From an uncultured archaeon (GTDB lineage: Archaea; Thermoproteota; EX4484-205; JAAOZP01), in assembly GCA_938045545.1 (NCBI GenBank), contig CALIBN010000008.1, forward strand, positions 1-64,000: a stretch of DNA of 64,000 nt, in the 5' to 3' direction. Both the position numbers and the translations under genes were made by a program. Under the pieces are notes generated by a model. That model saw nothing but the letters and a program-made list of their open reading frames with translations, was not told where the DNA came from and ran no database searches. How positions within the stretch are numbered: the first letter of the stretch is position 1; each line of letters starts with the position of its first letter. Below are positions 29,254 to 39,567 of the stretch, piece by piece.

Positions 29254-29369
29254 AAAACGGGCTGGCTTGACAGGCTTCAAAAACCCTGTGTAAATCCGGC
29301 TTTCAGCGTTGCTCAGCTTTTCCGTTAGAAACGCGGCTGAGCTGCGAGCCTTGGCAAGGTTAATAAAGT

Positions 29370-30317
29370 TTGAAGCGCGCTGAATGCAGCATGCATCCCG
29401 GCATGGAGGTGGAGGTTGCGGGCCTGGTTCTCAGGTCGCCGCTGATGGTTGCTTCCGGCGTCTTAGGGTCTTCGCCGAGCCTGATCAGGATTATCGCAAC
29501 CAATCCGGATGTTGGAGCAGTCGTTACGAAAACAGTTACATACCTGCCGAGAACGGGCTACGAGAACCCTACCGTCGTCGACCTTGGCTACGGGTTTCTG
29601 AACGCGATGGGCCTGCCGAACCCCGGCTACTCGGAATACAGGTTTGAGCTGGGTTCCGTAAAGAAGGGTTTGGAAATACCATTGATAGTTAGCATCGGGC
29701 CCTCTGATGAGGATGAGGCGGAGGAGATGGTTGAAGAGCTGGACAGCGTGGCCGACGGTTTTGAAGTTAACCTTTCATGCCCCCACGTGGAGAACCTTGG
29801 GGTGGAGGTTGGTTCTGACGCGTCAAAGGCCAGTGGGATTGTTAAAGCCGTCCGAGGCTCAACTGGGAAACCGGTTCTAGCCAAGATAAGCCCTAACGTT
29901 ACGGATTTCGTAGCCAACGCTAGGAATGCTGTTGAGGCTGGTGCCGACGCGATAACGGCGATAAACACGGTTAGGGGGATGGCTATAGACGTGAACGCTA
30001 TGAGGCCTGTTCTCTCAAACGTTTACGGGGGGCTTTCGGGGAAGGCTATACACCCGGTGGCGGTGAGAATAGTCTTCGAGCTCTACGAGAAGATTAAAGC
30101 ACCCATAGTCGGATGCGGCGGGGTCTATGATTGGAGGGATGCTGTGGAGCTTATCCTAGCCGGCGCCACAGCCGTCCAAATAGGGTCTGCAATAGCGCAT
30201 AGTCAAACAGGGTTGAAAGTTTTCAACGAAATAGGTGAGGGTGTCAGAAGGTACCTGGCGTTGAAAGGGTTTAGCAGCGTTAAGCAGATCATTGGCTTAG
30301 CGCATTCTGAGCGGTAA
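29370..30317 (+). CDS. pyrD: Dihydroorotate dehydrogenase catalytic subunit (true start probably 29391 or 29403)
   Basis: NAMGLPNPG, NLSCPHV, AINT, GGLSG. Confidence 0.96.
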   Translation: MKRAECSMHPGMEVEVAGLVLRSPLMVASGVLGSSPSLIRIIATNPDVGAVVTKTVTYLPRTGYENPTVVDLGYGFLNAMGLPNPGYSEYRFELGSVKKGLEIPLIVSIGPSDEDEAEEMVEELDSVADGFEVNLSCPHVENLGVEVGSDASKASGIVKAVRGSTGKPVLAKISPNVTDFVANARNAVEAGADAITAINTVRGMAIDVNAMRPVLSNVYGGLSGKAIHPVAVRIVFELYEKIKAPIVGCGGVYDWRDAVELILAGATAVQIGSAIAHSQTGLKVFNEIGEGVRRYLALKGFSSVKQIIGLAHSER

Positions 30318-30346
30318 TCCAGTTTTTCTCAGGATAGCCGCGTTAG

Positions 30347-31267
30347 TTAAACAGGCTCAAGCCAGTGAGAGTATTTCTCTGATTGTCCTCTGACTATCCT
30401 GTAGAACTCTTCCTGTATCCTTCTAGTAATTGGCCCAGGCTTACCGTCGCCGATCTTATAATTATCCATCTCAACCACAGGCACCACTTCCGCGGCGGTT
30501 CCGCTCATGAATGCCTCGTCAGCATAGTAGAAATCGACCCTCGTAAGGTCTCTTTCAACAACCTTCAAACCCATGTCTTCAACAATATGGAAAACCGTGT
30601 CCCTCGTTATTCCTTCAAGTATGCCGGACGAGGTTGACGGAGTATAGACTATGCTGTTCCTCGCCATGAAAATGTTTTCCCCGCTTCCCTCTGAAACCAT
30701 GCCGCGGGAATCCAGCATCACCGCCTCATCATACCCAGCCATCTTGGCTTCAACCTTTGCTAGAACACTGTTGATGTATTGTCCAGTGGCCTTAACCCCG
30801 GCCGGGATAGTGTTAACGTCGATCCTTCTGAAGGACGATGTCTTAACCCTTATGCCGTTTCTAATGCCCTCGTCACCCAAGTATGTTCCCCAGGACCATG
30901 CCGCTACGGCAACATCCACCGGCGAGTTTAAAGGGTAGAGCCCCATCTCCCCGTAGCCTCTGAAAGCTATGGGCCTGACGTAGGCGCTGCTGAGATGATT
31001 CTCCCTGACTACTGCTTTGCATGCCTCTCTAAGCTCGTCGAGCGTGAACGGTATATCCATGAAGTATATTTTCGCCGAGCGGTAGAGCCTCTTTAAATGG
31101 TCTGTGAGCCTGAAGATAGCTGTACCGTTTACAGTCTCGTACGCCCTTATGCCTTCGAAAACGCCGGTTCCATAGTGGAGGCCGTGCGTAAGAACATGTA
31201 TCTTAGCGTCCTTCCAGTCGACGAGTCTACCGTTAAACCATATTTTCTCAACTTCCCCTATCGGCAC
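30347..31267 (-). CDS. ilvE: Branched-chain amino acid aminotransferase
   Basis: LHYGTGVFEGIRAY, EGSGENIF, LEGITR, GTAAEV. Confidence 0.96.
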   Translation of the reverse strand: MPIGEVEKIWFNGRLVDWKDAKIHVLTHGLHYGTGVFEGIRAYETVNGTAIFRLTDHLKRLYRSAKIYFMDIPFTLDELREACKAVVRENHLSSAYVRPIAFRGYGEMGLYPLNSPVDVAVAAWSWGTYLGDEGIRNGIRVKTSSFRRIDVNTIPAGVKATGQYINSVLAKVEAKMAGYDEAVMLDSRGMVSEGSGENIFMARNSIVYTPSTSSGILEGITRDTVFHIVEDMGLKVVERDLTRVDFYYADEAFMSGTAAEVVPVVEMDNYKIGDGKPGPITRRIQEEFYRIVRGQSEKYSHWLEPV

Positions 31268-31340
31268 GGCTTATGCACTGCGGCTGTAACCGTAGAGGGG
31301 TTGAAAATAAACTTTCCTGGAAAAGCTTGGCGGAAAATAC

Positions 31341-33545
31341 TCAGGATACTATTACTTCCTCCTTTCTGCGAAGCCTGTATAAGAGCAGCGCTGCAATCAC
31401 TATGCTTCCAACGGATAGTGCTGCCGCAACCATGTTCAAACCTGTTTTAAGAGGAGTTGTTGTCCCGCCGGGTTTCACCGTGATGGTGATGCCTTTTCCG
31501 AAGGTCGGCTGGACTATGGAGTAGCTTAAAGCTTCGCTCCTCTCGCCAAGGCTGCTAGCCATAGAATAGTCTACTTCAACCCTTATCTGAGAGCCTTTAG
31601 AGAAGAGTAGGCTAACTTCCTGCCCGTTCCAGAGGGTTAGGATATTGCCATCGTCGTAAAACCTGAACTGCTCTATGACTACGCTGTTTCCCGAAACCAG
31701 TATCCCCATCGGGCTAAGGTTTGCAGAGTACCTGGAGCCGTTTAAAACGACTCCCTCGAAACTACCGTTGTAACTTACCTTGACGCGTCTAACCCCGATT
31801 CTGGTTTCGTTCGCTAAAACCACCCTGTTTAACACTAGAAAACCGTCTTCAACCGCCTCAGGTTTGAAAATAATACTCGCCCCGTTTAAAACCTCTGGGG
31901 CAAGAAGGCTAGTTCTGGCCTCGCTATAATCTATAAGCCGGAGGATCAGGGTCAGCTCATCGTAAACGTTCATCAGGGACGTCATGTTCTCGCTTAGGCT
32001 TTTTTGAACACTCTCTAAACCTGAGGAGACGTTTTCAAGCATCGGGGTGACGCTGGTCAGATTGCTCCCCATCATCATGTTTGCCTCGCCGATAAGCTTT
32101 AAAGCTGAGCCCATCTCGGCTAGCGCTGACGATGTTTGTGACAATGCTGAGGCACCTAAGCCTAGGCCTGAGCTCATCTCTACAATTCTGGAGCCATATT
32201 CCTCCAGCGTGTTTATGAAGGATTCTAGGCTTTCGAACAGATGGTCCAGTTGAGGCCCGGCTGATTCGAAATAGCTTTCAGCGAGGCTTAAGCGGCTGTA
32301 CAGATTGTTTATCCTCCGTGTGGCGTTTTCCAAGAGGCTTATCTGGTCAGGGTTAGTCAAATTGTTTCTGACCGCCGTTAAAGTATTGTTAATCTCCAAG
32401 AGGCCCTGTTTCGCGTCTACAATCATCCTGTAGGTTTCGTTTAGGATTAGGCCGGCTGCCTGTCGAGAGGAGTTCAACCCTTTCCTAAGCCTGTTGAAAT
32501 CCACTTTGGAAACGTTTTCAGCGATCGCGGAGAATAGTGAAGCCGCCTGGGAAAGCTGGGATGCTGCCGAGCTGAGTCCAAAGCCTATTGCTTTCAATGC
32601 TTCACCGATCATAATGGTTTGATTACCAGTTGTCTCCAAGCCGTAGCTCAGGTTTCCAAGCATATTCTTCATCAGGTTAATGAAACCAGTAAGGTTACCG
32701 ATGGGTGTCAGAATCATATTCATCATGCGGATCGACGTGTTCAACCCGTTCAACTGTGAACGTATAGACTCTCTAACGGATTCTCCAATCGGGGAGGAGG
32801 AGATCGATATCGTGGTCAACGGGATGGTGCCCCAGTCGTCAAACCCGTCTACAACCGCTTCAACTCTGATCTCCGCCTCCCCCCTCAGTATGAGCATCCA
32901 TGAAACCGAATCCTTTTCAAAGGGGCTAGTCATGTTTGCGGGAGGGTTGAAAACAATATTTCTAAAATATTTTTGAGGAATATTCATCGTCATGGAGACG
33001 AACACCGGGGGTTTTGAAGAAGCGTTCGTCAACGGGTCTAGGAGAACCGGATTATTGTTCTTGAGCCTTACCACCCATTCTGCAGAATCGCCCTCCTTGC
33101 ATTTTACGAAGAACACTCCGTATGCTGAACTATAGTTCGGCACCGCTCCGTTTACCCTTAGGCTTGCTTCAACAGTGAGTGGAAGCCAAAGAGACTTGCC
33201 GCTAAGCTCGAAGATTCTTGTACCCGGCTTAGCCTGAACATTCCATTCAATAACGCATGAGTCTCCTGAATAACTTAGGAGACGTGCCTCCGGGGGCAAT
33301 ACTAGGCTTGAAGAATCAACTCCGGATAGCCTTTGAGTGAAACGGTACTGGATGGTTGACTGACCCGTGTTTTTAACCGTCACTGTTGATTTGAATTCCG
33401 TCGTCGAGTTACCGATCAACGGGTTTAGATCTAGGAAATAGGTGATGTTTTCGCTTACAGTGACTCGGGTTTCCTCCGGGGAGGCTTGGGTCGCCAAGGG
33501 CAGCATCAGCATCAGTATTAGGAGAAAGGCTTGGGCGCGTCTCAT
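31341..33545 (-). CDS. Large exported, C-terminally anchored protein with a long helical central region; co-transcribed with the ABC exporter
   Basis: Signal peptide, about 300 aa of heptad-like L/S/A-rich sequence, C-terminal TM; 4-nt overlap with the ATPase gene. Confidence 0.7.
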   Translation of the reverse strand: MRRAQAFLLILMLMLPLATQASPEETRVTVSENITYFLDLNPLIGNSTTEFKSTVTVKNTGQSTIQYRFTQRLSGVDSSSLVLPPEARLLSYSGDSCVIEWNVQAKPGTRIFELSGKSLWLPLTVEASLRVNGAVPNYSSAYGVFFVKCKEGDSAEWVVRLKNNNPVLLDPLTNASSKPPVFVSMTMNIPQKYFRNIVFNPPANMTSPFEKDSVSWMLILRGEAEIRVEAVVDGFDDWGTIPLTTISISSSPIGESVRESIRSQLNGLNTSIRMMNMILTPIGNLTGFINLMKNMLGNLSYGLETTGNQTIMIGEALKAIGFGLSSAASQLSQAASLFSAIAENVSKVDFNRLRKGLNSSRQAAGLILNETYRMIVDAKQGLLEINNTLTAVRNNLTNPDQISLLENATRRINNLYSRLSLAESYFESAGPQLDHLFESLESFINTLEEYGSRIVEMSSGLGLGASALSQTSSALAEMGSALKLIGEANMMMGSNLTSVTPMLENVSSGLESVQKSLSENMTSLMNVYDELTLILRLIDYSEARTSLLAPEVLNGASIIFKPEAVEDGFLVLNRVVLANETRIGVRRVKVSYNGSFEGVVLNGSRYSANLSPMGILVSGNSVVIEQFRFYDDGNILTLWNGQEVSLLFSKGSQIRVEVDYSMASSLGERSEALSYSIVQPTFGKGITITVKPGGTTTPLKTGLNMVAAALSVGSIVIAALLLYRLRRKEEVIVS

Positions 33546-34420
33546 TGTTTCACCATCAGCTCCTTCTCCTCTATGGATTTTAAAGCTCTCTCATAGGTTT
33601 CCCCGGATATAACCTTGTTTTTGAAAAGCCTTTCAACGTTCTCCCTCTCCAGTTTTAAAAGGTCTAGTTGAACCTGCTTCTTAAGCCTTGTCGACTCCTC
33701 GTCCATGGGAATGCCTTCCAGGAAGCTTCTGGGGGCTTCCTCGAATACTTGGCCATCCTTCATAAACAGGATCCTGTTAGTAACCCGGGCCAGCTCCACG
33801 TTATGAGTTACAATGATAATCGTGTTTCCAAAACTGTTCAGGAGCCTGAAGGTTGCTATTATTTCTGTTGATGAAGCGACGTCCAGGTTGCCCGTGGGCT
33901 CGTCTGCAAGAATGTAGGCAGGATTATTAGCGAGGGCTCTCGCAATAGCCACTTTCTGCTGCTGGCCTCCGCTAAGCCTGCTAGGAGGGTTTCTCAACCT
34001 GTCTTCAGGGAAGCCGACAAGCTTCAGCAAGTAGAGAGCCTTAAGCCTAGCCTCCTTGAAAGAGTATCTTTTAGAAAGGAGCATCGGGAGCATCACGTTC
34101 TCCACGGCTGAAAGGTTTCTGAGAAGGTTGAAGAACTGGAAGACGAAGCCTATCTTGTTCTTCCTGAAAATGGATAGCTGGCTCTCGCTGAGCTTAGTCA
34201 CATCGACACCGTCAACCAGAACCCTTCCCGAGGTGGGCCTATCCAGGGTTCCAGCTATATGGAGCAGTGTTGACTTTCCTGAGCCAGAGGGCCCGACGAT
34301 AGACACGAAATCCCCCCTCCGGATTGTGAGCGAAACGTTCTTCAAAGCCTTCACCTCTATGTCTCTACCCATAACGTAGGTTTTAGAAACATCTATGCAT
34401 TCTAAGGCTGGGCTACTCAT
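33542..34420 (-). CDS. ABC transporter ATP-binding protein (LolD/MacB type)
   Basis: GPSGSGKST, LSGGQQQ, LADEPTGNLD. Confidence 0.95.
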   Translation of the reverse strand: MSSPALECIDVSKTYVMGRDIEVKALKNVSLTIRRGDFVSIVGPSGSGKSTLLHIAGTLDRPTSGRVLVDGVDVTKLSESQLSIFRKNKIGFVFQFFNLLRNLSAVENVMLPMLLSKRYSFKEARLKALYLLKLVGFPEDRLRNPPSRLSGGQQQKVAIARALANNPAYILADEPTGNLDVASSTEIIATFRLLNSFGNTIIIVTHNVELARVTNRILFMKDGQVFEEAPRSFLEGIPMDEESTRLKKQVQLDLLKLERENVERLFKNKVISGETYERALKSIEEKELMVKQ

Positions 34421-35579
34421 ATCTTAAAGCCTCCACGGGCCTTATCCTGGAAGCGTTCCATGAAGGGAGCAGGCTGCTCAGGAAGCTAGCCGCAACTGCG
34501 ATCATGAGACCGTTTAAAACAGGCTCATAGCTGATTATGAAAGGTAGGCTTATCTGGAACCTGAAGACCCTGGGGAGCAGGTAAGTAACAATAACGTAGC
34601 CCAAGCCCATGCCGAGGGCTGACCCGAATAATCCTCCTGAAATGCCGAGCAGGATCCCCTCGACCAGAAAAATGTAGAGGACCTGCAGGGGTGACGCGCC
34701 TATAGACTTCAAAACCCCTATCTCCCTTATCTTCTCCCTTATGCTCATCGTGATGGTGTTCATGGTTCCAACGCCTGCCACGATTATGCTTATGGCGCTT
34801 ATAGTGAATATTACTGCGTCTATCGTGTCCAGAATAGCCTGGCTCTGCTTCAGAACATCCTCCTCGGTTGAGACTGAGAGGCTAGGGTAAGTAGACCTTA
34901 TAGCATTGACAACGCTGCTCATGACGCTTGAATTATAAACTCTAACGAGGATCATGTCTGCAAGCCCCCTCTTGTTCAGAATCCTCTCCCCCTGCTCAAG
35001 GCTCATTACGACAACCGAGGCTGGACCCGCCAGCGCAGCTTGGAAGAGCCCGCCGATCTCCGAAAGCCCCGTAACCTTGAAGGACACTCCTTCCTGCACG
35101 TATGAAGTCACGATCCTCACGGTCGAGTTGACCGAAACACCTAGTTTCTTAGCCGACTCCTCGGGCATCAAGCATTCTCTAGCGTTTGGAGAGGAAACTC
35201 CTGAGCCGCTTACGATCGTCTGGAATGCTTTTATCTCCTCCACCGGCACAGCTAGTATGAACGCGTTGCTAGACTCCACTAGGCCTGAGCCGATTATGAC
35301 TGGAACAGCCCTTTCAACGCCGGTGATGTTGCTTATCAGGTGGACAACGTAGATCGACATGGGCTCGCTGTTCCTTGTCCTCACTATTATCGACGACCCT
35401 AGTAAAGTGTTTATCTCGCTCTCAACCCTTGCGCGCATACCGAGTGAAACTATGAAGAGCGAGACAAGCGAGGCTATGCCTATCGAAATACCTAATATAG
35501 TAAGGCCTGCTCTGAGCTTTTTACTCGCGATATCCCTGAGCGCGTAGCGCGTCAAGTATAGGAGAGTGATCATCTTCAT
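34413..35579 (-). CDS. ABC transporter permease (MacB/FtsX type)
   Basis: LTILGISIGI, REIGVLKSIGA, PVEALRYE. Confidence 0.93.
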   Translation of the reverse strand: MKMITLLYLTRYALRDIASKKLRAGLTILGISIGIASLVSLFIVSLGMRARVESEINTLLGSSIIVRTRNSEPMSIYVVHLISNITGVERAVPVIIGSGLVESSNAFILAVPVEEIKAFQTIVSGSGVSSPNARECLMPEESAKKLGVSVNSTVRIVTSYVQEGVSFKVTGLSEIGGLFQAALAGPASVVVMSLEQGERILNKRGLADMILVRVYNSSVMSSVVNAIRSTYPSLSVSTEEDVLKQSQAILDTIDAVIFTISAISIIVAGVGTMNTITMSIREKIREIGVLKSIGASPLQVLYIFLVEGILLGISGGLFGSALGMGLGYVIVTYLLPRVFRFQISLPFIISYEPVLNGLMIAVAASFLSSLLPSWNASRIRPVEALRYE

Positions 35580-35615
35580 TCGTGCAGCCGGATGAGTAGA
35601 TAAATATTAGCCTGT

Positions 35616-36449
35616 TTATAATGCTGCGGTGAAAACATATATCATGATGCCGAGAATGCCCGCTATAAGGTTTGAGACAAGGTTTACAACATGGTTGTCA
35701 AAGCCCTTAAACCCTTTCACTAAAACGTATTCCCCCTGCTTCCCGGGCTTTTCACGAAGCCTGCCGTCAGTCTTAGACACGTATGCCTCTTGAACGGTTG
35801 CTCCAAGCAGGCTGTCTACAATCATCCCTAGGAAACCGCCGGCTGAGCACGCTACAAATAGGCCTAGAGCATCACCGACCCCGGAAATGATGCCTGGAGC
35901 ATTAGCCTGCCGGAGTGCCACCGAGACCAACGCTATCACAATTGCTCCTGAAAGCCCTGCGAAAGTGCCCAGCAGGGTGACTCCTCCAGAAACCCCTTTC
36001 TCAACACTCCTCCTAAGGTTTGTTATAAGCCTAGGCTTAGAGCTGCTTAACAGTCCCAGTTCAGTGGCCAGCGTGTCTGCCGCAGCCGAGCAAACTGTGG
36101 TGGTGAAGAAGACGAGAAATATCTCCATCCGGAAAAAATGCTCAAGCATGATGGACATTGCCGCGGGCCCACCGTTTGCGAGAACGTTAACCCAGCTTCT
36201 AACCCCACCCTTCTCCTGGGCCAAAGCATCCAGCTCCTTGTCTTTACGCCTATACTTCGTGGAGGCGACGCCCAAGACTAGGAACGCCAGCATTATTATG
36301 AAGCAATCCCAGCCCCCTAGGAAGAGCACTATTACCCCTAGGAAAATAGAGGCTAGGACCCCGGAAAAGCTTAGGGAGCGCGAGACATATGTTGCTACCG
36401 CCAGCATGACTATCGCGAGCGTTTTAACCAGGGTTTCGGCAATCATCAA
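35616..36449 (-). CDS. DUF92/TMEM19 membrane protein
   Basis: NVLANG, ADTLATELG, SGGVT.LG, DSLLGAT.Q, DNH.VN. Confidence 0.92.
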   Translation of the reverse strand: MMIAETLVKTLAIVMLAVATYVSRSLSFSGVLASIFLGVIVLFLGGWDCFIIMLAFLVLGVASTKYRRKDKELDALAQEKGGVRSWVNVLANGGPAAMSIMLEHFFRMEIFLVFFTTTVCSAAADTLATELGLLSSSKPRLITNLRRSVEKGVSGGVTLLGTFAGLSGAIVIALVSVALRQANAPGIISGVGDALGLFVACSAGGFLGMIVDSLLGATVQEAYVSKTDGRLREKPGKQGEYVLVKGFKGFDNHVVNLVSNLIAGILGIMIYVFTAAL

Positions 36450-36484
36450 AAGCTGGATGACTCTTCTTAAAGGGCTATTTAAGC

Positions 36485-37222
36485 TTAGCCTAGGGAAGTA
36501 AGCCTTTCTATAAGCTCTCTCGTTGAGCCGAGGTTTGACAGTGCCACAACTATCCCGTCAACCTTAGCTATCTCCATAGCAACCGGGTCAAGCTCCTTGG
36601 GGCCGTGGAGAACGATCATCTTAGGCTTAAACGGGTAGAGGTGTATCCCGACCAAGGGGCTTCTACCGTGTTGAACATTCGTGAAGACAAGCGTCCTTAT
36701 GTTCGTGTACCCGAAAACATTAACCAGGTCGTACCATTTGAAGTAAAGTATTGCTTTAACGCTGTCGAGCACCGTGTGGCCGAAAACAAAGTCGTCAAGC
36801 ATGTCTGGAAATGTTTCCACCTTGCCCGCAACAGCCTCAACAACCTTACGCATTGAAACAGGCTTGGAATACTCTTTCATGTCTAGAATTATCCCTTTGA
36901 GAATGGGCTCTGTCTTCAACAGGTCTATCAGATGTGCTCCTCCTCTTTCAGCATCGCTTTCAACAAGGTTCTGAACATAGTGTCTGAGAAAGCCTATTCC
37001 AGGGTTTCTCCTCCTGCCTGTCTCATAGTCACTTATCACTGAGGCTGAAATACCCATTCTGCTGGCTAGGGTTTTCTGAGACACCCCGAACTTCTCACGC
37101 CAGTTCCTCAGGACCATGAAGGGCTGCTCCGCTAGGACAACGTCGCTGATAATCTTCTTCATAGACACTTGCTTGGCTACTGTAAGCAGTTCGCTGAGGT
37201 AGGGAGCAAGTTCATCGCTCAT
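36485..37222 (-). CDS. Archaeal XRE-HTH transcriptional regulator (COG1709-like)
   Basis: WREKFGVSQ..LA....SVISDYE.GRR.NPG, GRSPLV. Confidence 0.85.
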   Translation of the reverse strand: MSDELAPYLSELLTVAKQVSMKKIISDVVLAEQPFMVLRNWREKFGVSQKTLASRMGISASVISDYETGRRRNPGIGFLRHYVQNLVESDAERGGAHLIDLLKTEPILKGIILDMKEYSKPVSMRKVVEAVAGKVETFPDMLDDFVFGHTVLDSVKAILYFKWYDLVNVFGYTNIRTLVFTNVQHGRSPLVGIHLYPFKPKMIVLHGPKELDPVAMEIAKVDGIVVALSNLGSTRELIERLTSLG

Positions 37223-37495
37223 AGTCGAGACAGGAATTAACTTTAGCCGATACTTAAGCCTTTACTGCTTATCCAACCAGAGACGGTTCCCGTAGACCAG
37301 CTTAAAGGTTGAAAACGAAAGTTCGCCGAGGTGGCGCCAGTTTATTATGATCGCGCGCAGACCCTCATCCTCCCTCTAAGCGGGTTTTCTTTTGCCTGCT
37401 CATTTTATATTGAAAAATATCAAAAACATATCGTCTTCGAAGTTCTGTATCATCATATTTAAAAGAGGTGGGGTGAAGCATACGCCGGCTAAACG

Positions 37496-37918
37496 CTAAA
37501 AGCGACCGCTATAGACTTTTCTAGGGTCGAAAACCTTTTCACCGACCGTTTTAAAGTGGCCGCTTTTAACGATCTTCCTGTAGAAACATGTTTTATAGCC
37601 CATGTGGCACGCGCCAGGACCCTCCTGCTTAACTGTGAAGAGTAGGGAGTTGTTTTCACAGTTAACCCTGACCTCCAGAACCCTCTGCACGAAGCCTGAT
37701 GCTTCTCCCTTCATCCATATTTTCCTCCTTCTCCTAGAATAGTAGTGCATGAAGCCTGTTGAAAGAGTTTTTGAAAGAGCATTCCTATTCATGAACGCGA
37801 CCATCAGGACTTCCCCGTCAACATTCCTCGCCACCACAGGGATCAGGCCTTTTTCAAAATTGAGTTGGGAAATAATCCTCCTGGTTTTCTCAACGCTTGC
37901 TTTAAACAATTGTCCCAT
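37496..37918 (-). CDS. hisI: Phosphoribosyl-AMP cyclohydrolase
   Basis: VLMVAFMN, YYSR.R.KIWMKGE.SG, ACH.G..TCFY. Confidence 0.92.
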   Translation of the reverse strand: MGQLFKASVEKTRRIISQLNFEKGLIPVVARNVDGEVLMVAFMNRNALSKTLSTGFMHYYSRRRRKIWMKGEASGFVQRVLEVRVNCENNSLLFTVKQEGPGACHMGYKTCFYRKIVKSGHFKTVGEKVFDPRKVYSGRF

Positions 37919-38522
37919 CTCCGCAGAGGCTTAAGAAGTTTCTGAGGATTCTTAGCCCCGGCTGCCAGCTTTTTTCAGGATGGAACTGCACGCCGAAAAC
38001 GTTTTCCTTCTCGAACACAACTGGGAACCTTATGCCTCCGTATCTGGCGTAGGCGGCAGCATCATCCTCAGCGTAATCCAAGGGAGCGTAGGAGTGTGCA
38101 AAATACATGTAAGAGTTGTTCTCTAAACCTTTGAGAATAAGGGATTTACCGGCTATTTCTATGCTGTTCCAGCCTATGTGTGGAAGCCGTTTAACAGGAA
38201 TCTTTTTAACAAATCCTCTGAAAAACCCGAGGCCCTCTTCACCCTGCTTCCCCTCTTCACTTCCGTTGAACATGAGTTGCAGGCCTAAGCATATTCCAAG
38301 CACTGGGCGACCCTCCTCCACGATACTCATGATTCTTCGCCTTTCCTCATCGACCTTCTTGAAAGCGGCGGAATAGCTTCCGACTCCTGGAATAACTAGG
38401 CCGTCGAAACCCTCCTCCAAGACTATTGACGAGACTATTCTAGGTTCGGCTCCTACTTTTTTCAGGGACGCGCTTATGCTTGCAAGGTTTCCGACTCCGC
38501 AATCAAGAATCATTATCCTCAT
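37902..38522 (-). CDS. hisH: Imidazole glycerol phosphate synthase, glutaminase subunit
   Basis: PGVG, GICLGLQ, PHIGWN, QFHPEKS. Confidence 0.96.
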   Translation of the reverse strand: MRIMILDCGVGNLASISASLKKVGAEPRIVSSIVLEEGFDGLVIPGVGSYSAAFKKVDEERRRIMSIVEEGRPVLGICLGLQLMFNGSEEGKQGEEGLGFFRGFVKKIPVKRLPHIGWNSIEIAGKSLILKGLENNSYMYFAHSYAPLDYAEDDAAAYARYGGIRFPVVFEKENVFGVQFHPEKSWQPGLRILRNFLSLCGDGTIV

Positions 38523-38803
38523 CGGTGTCTGCGCCTTCTCTCAAGCTCCCTTGCGACTTCCTCAAGCTCCACTCCGGATGCTGCCAGCACTATTAGGTAA
38601 TGGAAGAGAACATCGGCTGCCTCCGCAACCTTGTCACCATTACCCTGGACCGCTGAGGCGAATTCGAAGGCTTCCTCCCCGAATTTTCCGAGAACCCTGT
38701 CCATCCCTCCTTCGACGATGCTCGCCACGTAAGACCCCTTCGGCTTCTCGCGCACCCTGCTTTTCACGACTTCAAACAGTTCAGCCAAGTACTCCAGGGT
38801 CAA
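38519..38803 (-). CDS. hisE: Phosphoribosyl-ATP pyrophosphohydrolase
   Basis: [18 protein letters not shown]. Confidence 0.93.
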   Translation of the reverse strand: MTLEYLAELFEVVKSRVREKPKGSYVASIVEGGMDRVLGKFGEEAFEFASAVQGNGDKVAEAADVLFHYLIVLAASGVELEEVARELERRRRHR

Positions 38804-39567
38804 AGCCTTACTTCAACCCCCCTCTCCTTCAACCATTTCTTAATTTGTAAGACACTGTACTGTTCATAGTGTAGGAGTGAAGCGATGAGTGCAGCGTCAG
38901 CACCCCCTTTCGTAAGGGCCTCGTAAACGTGTTGCAGCGAGCCGGCTCCGCCCGAGGCTATTATAGGGATGTCGACGCTTCTTCTCGCCGCGTGCAAAAG
39001 TTCAACATCGTAGCCTAGTCTGGTGCCGTCCGCATCTATGCTTGTTAAAAGTATTTCGCCAGCACCCTCGTATTCACACGTTTTAATCCATTCAAGCGCG
39101 TCCAGTCCAGTCGGCTCCTTCCCAGCTTTAACATACACCTCCCACCCTTTCTCAACTCTTTTAGCGTCGACAGCAACAACGACGCATTGATGCCCGAAAA
39201 TACTGCTAGCCCTTCTAATCAGGCTCCTATCCTTGACGGCTGCAGTATTGACTGAAACCTTGTCTGCACCTGCTCTAAGAAGCTTCCCAAAATCCTCTAC
39301 GCTTCTAACCCCTCCCCCGACGGTCAGAGGGATGAAAAGGTTTTCAGCGGTCCTCTTAACCACTTCCACCATGGTTTCCCTCCCCTCCGGCGTGGCGGAG
39401 ATATCGAGGAAAACTATTTCGTCAGCACACTGCTCCATGTATTTAACAGCGAGCTCCGCAGGATCCCCTATCCTCTTAAGGTTTGAAAACTTAACGCCTT
39501 TAACCACGACGCCGTCGTAAACATCAAGACACGGGATTATTCTCTTGGTTAAGCCCATTTCTTTCAC
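38800..39567 (-). CDS. hisF: Imidazole glycerol phosphate synthase, cyclase subunit
   Basis: [29 protein letters not shown]. Confidence 0.97.
   Translation of the reverse strand: MKEMGLTKRIIPCLDVYDGVVVKGVKFSNLKRIGDPAELAVKYMEQCADEIVFLDISATPEGRETMVEVVKRTAENLFIPLTVGGGVRSVEDFGKLLRAGADKVSVNTAAVKDRSLIRRASSIFGHQCVVVAVDAKRVEKGWEVYVKAGKEPTGLDALEWIKTCEYEGAGEILLTSIDADGTRLGYDVELLHAARRSVDIPIIASGGAGSLQHVYEALTKGGADAALIASLLHYEQYSVLQIKKWLKERGVEVRL

Noticed and set aside
37323-37380. GCCGAGGTGGCG... resembling a tRNA 5' end
   Set aside because: No T-arm (GTTCRA), no closing acceptor stem and no proper anticodon stem; at most a small hairpin.
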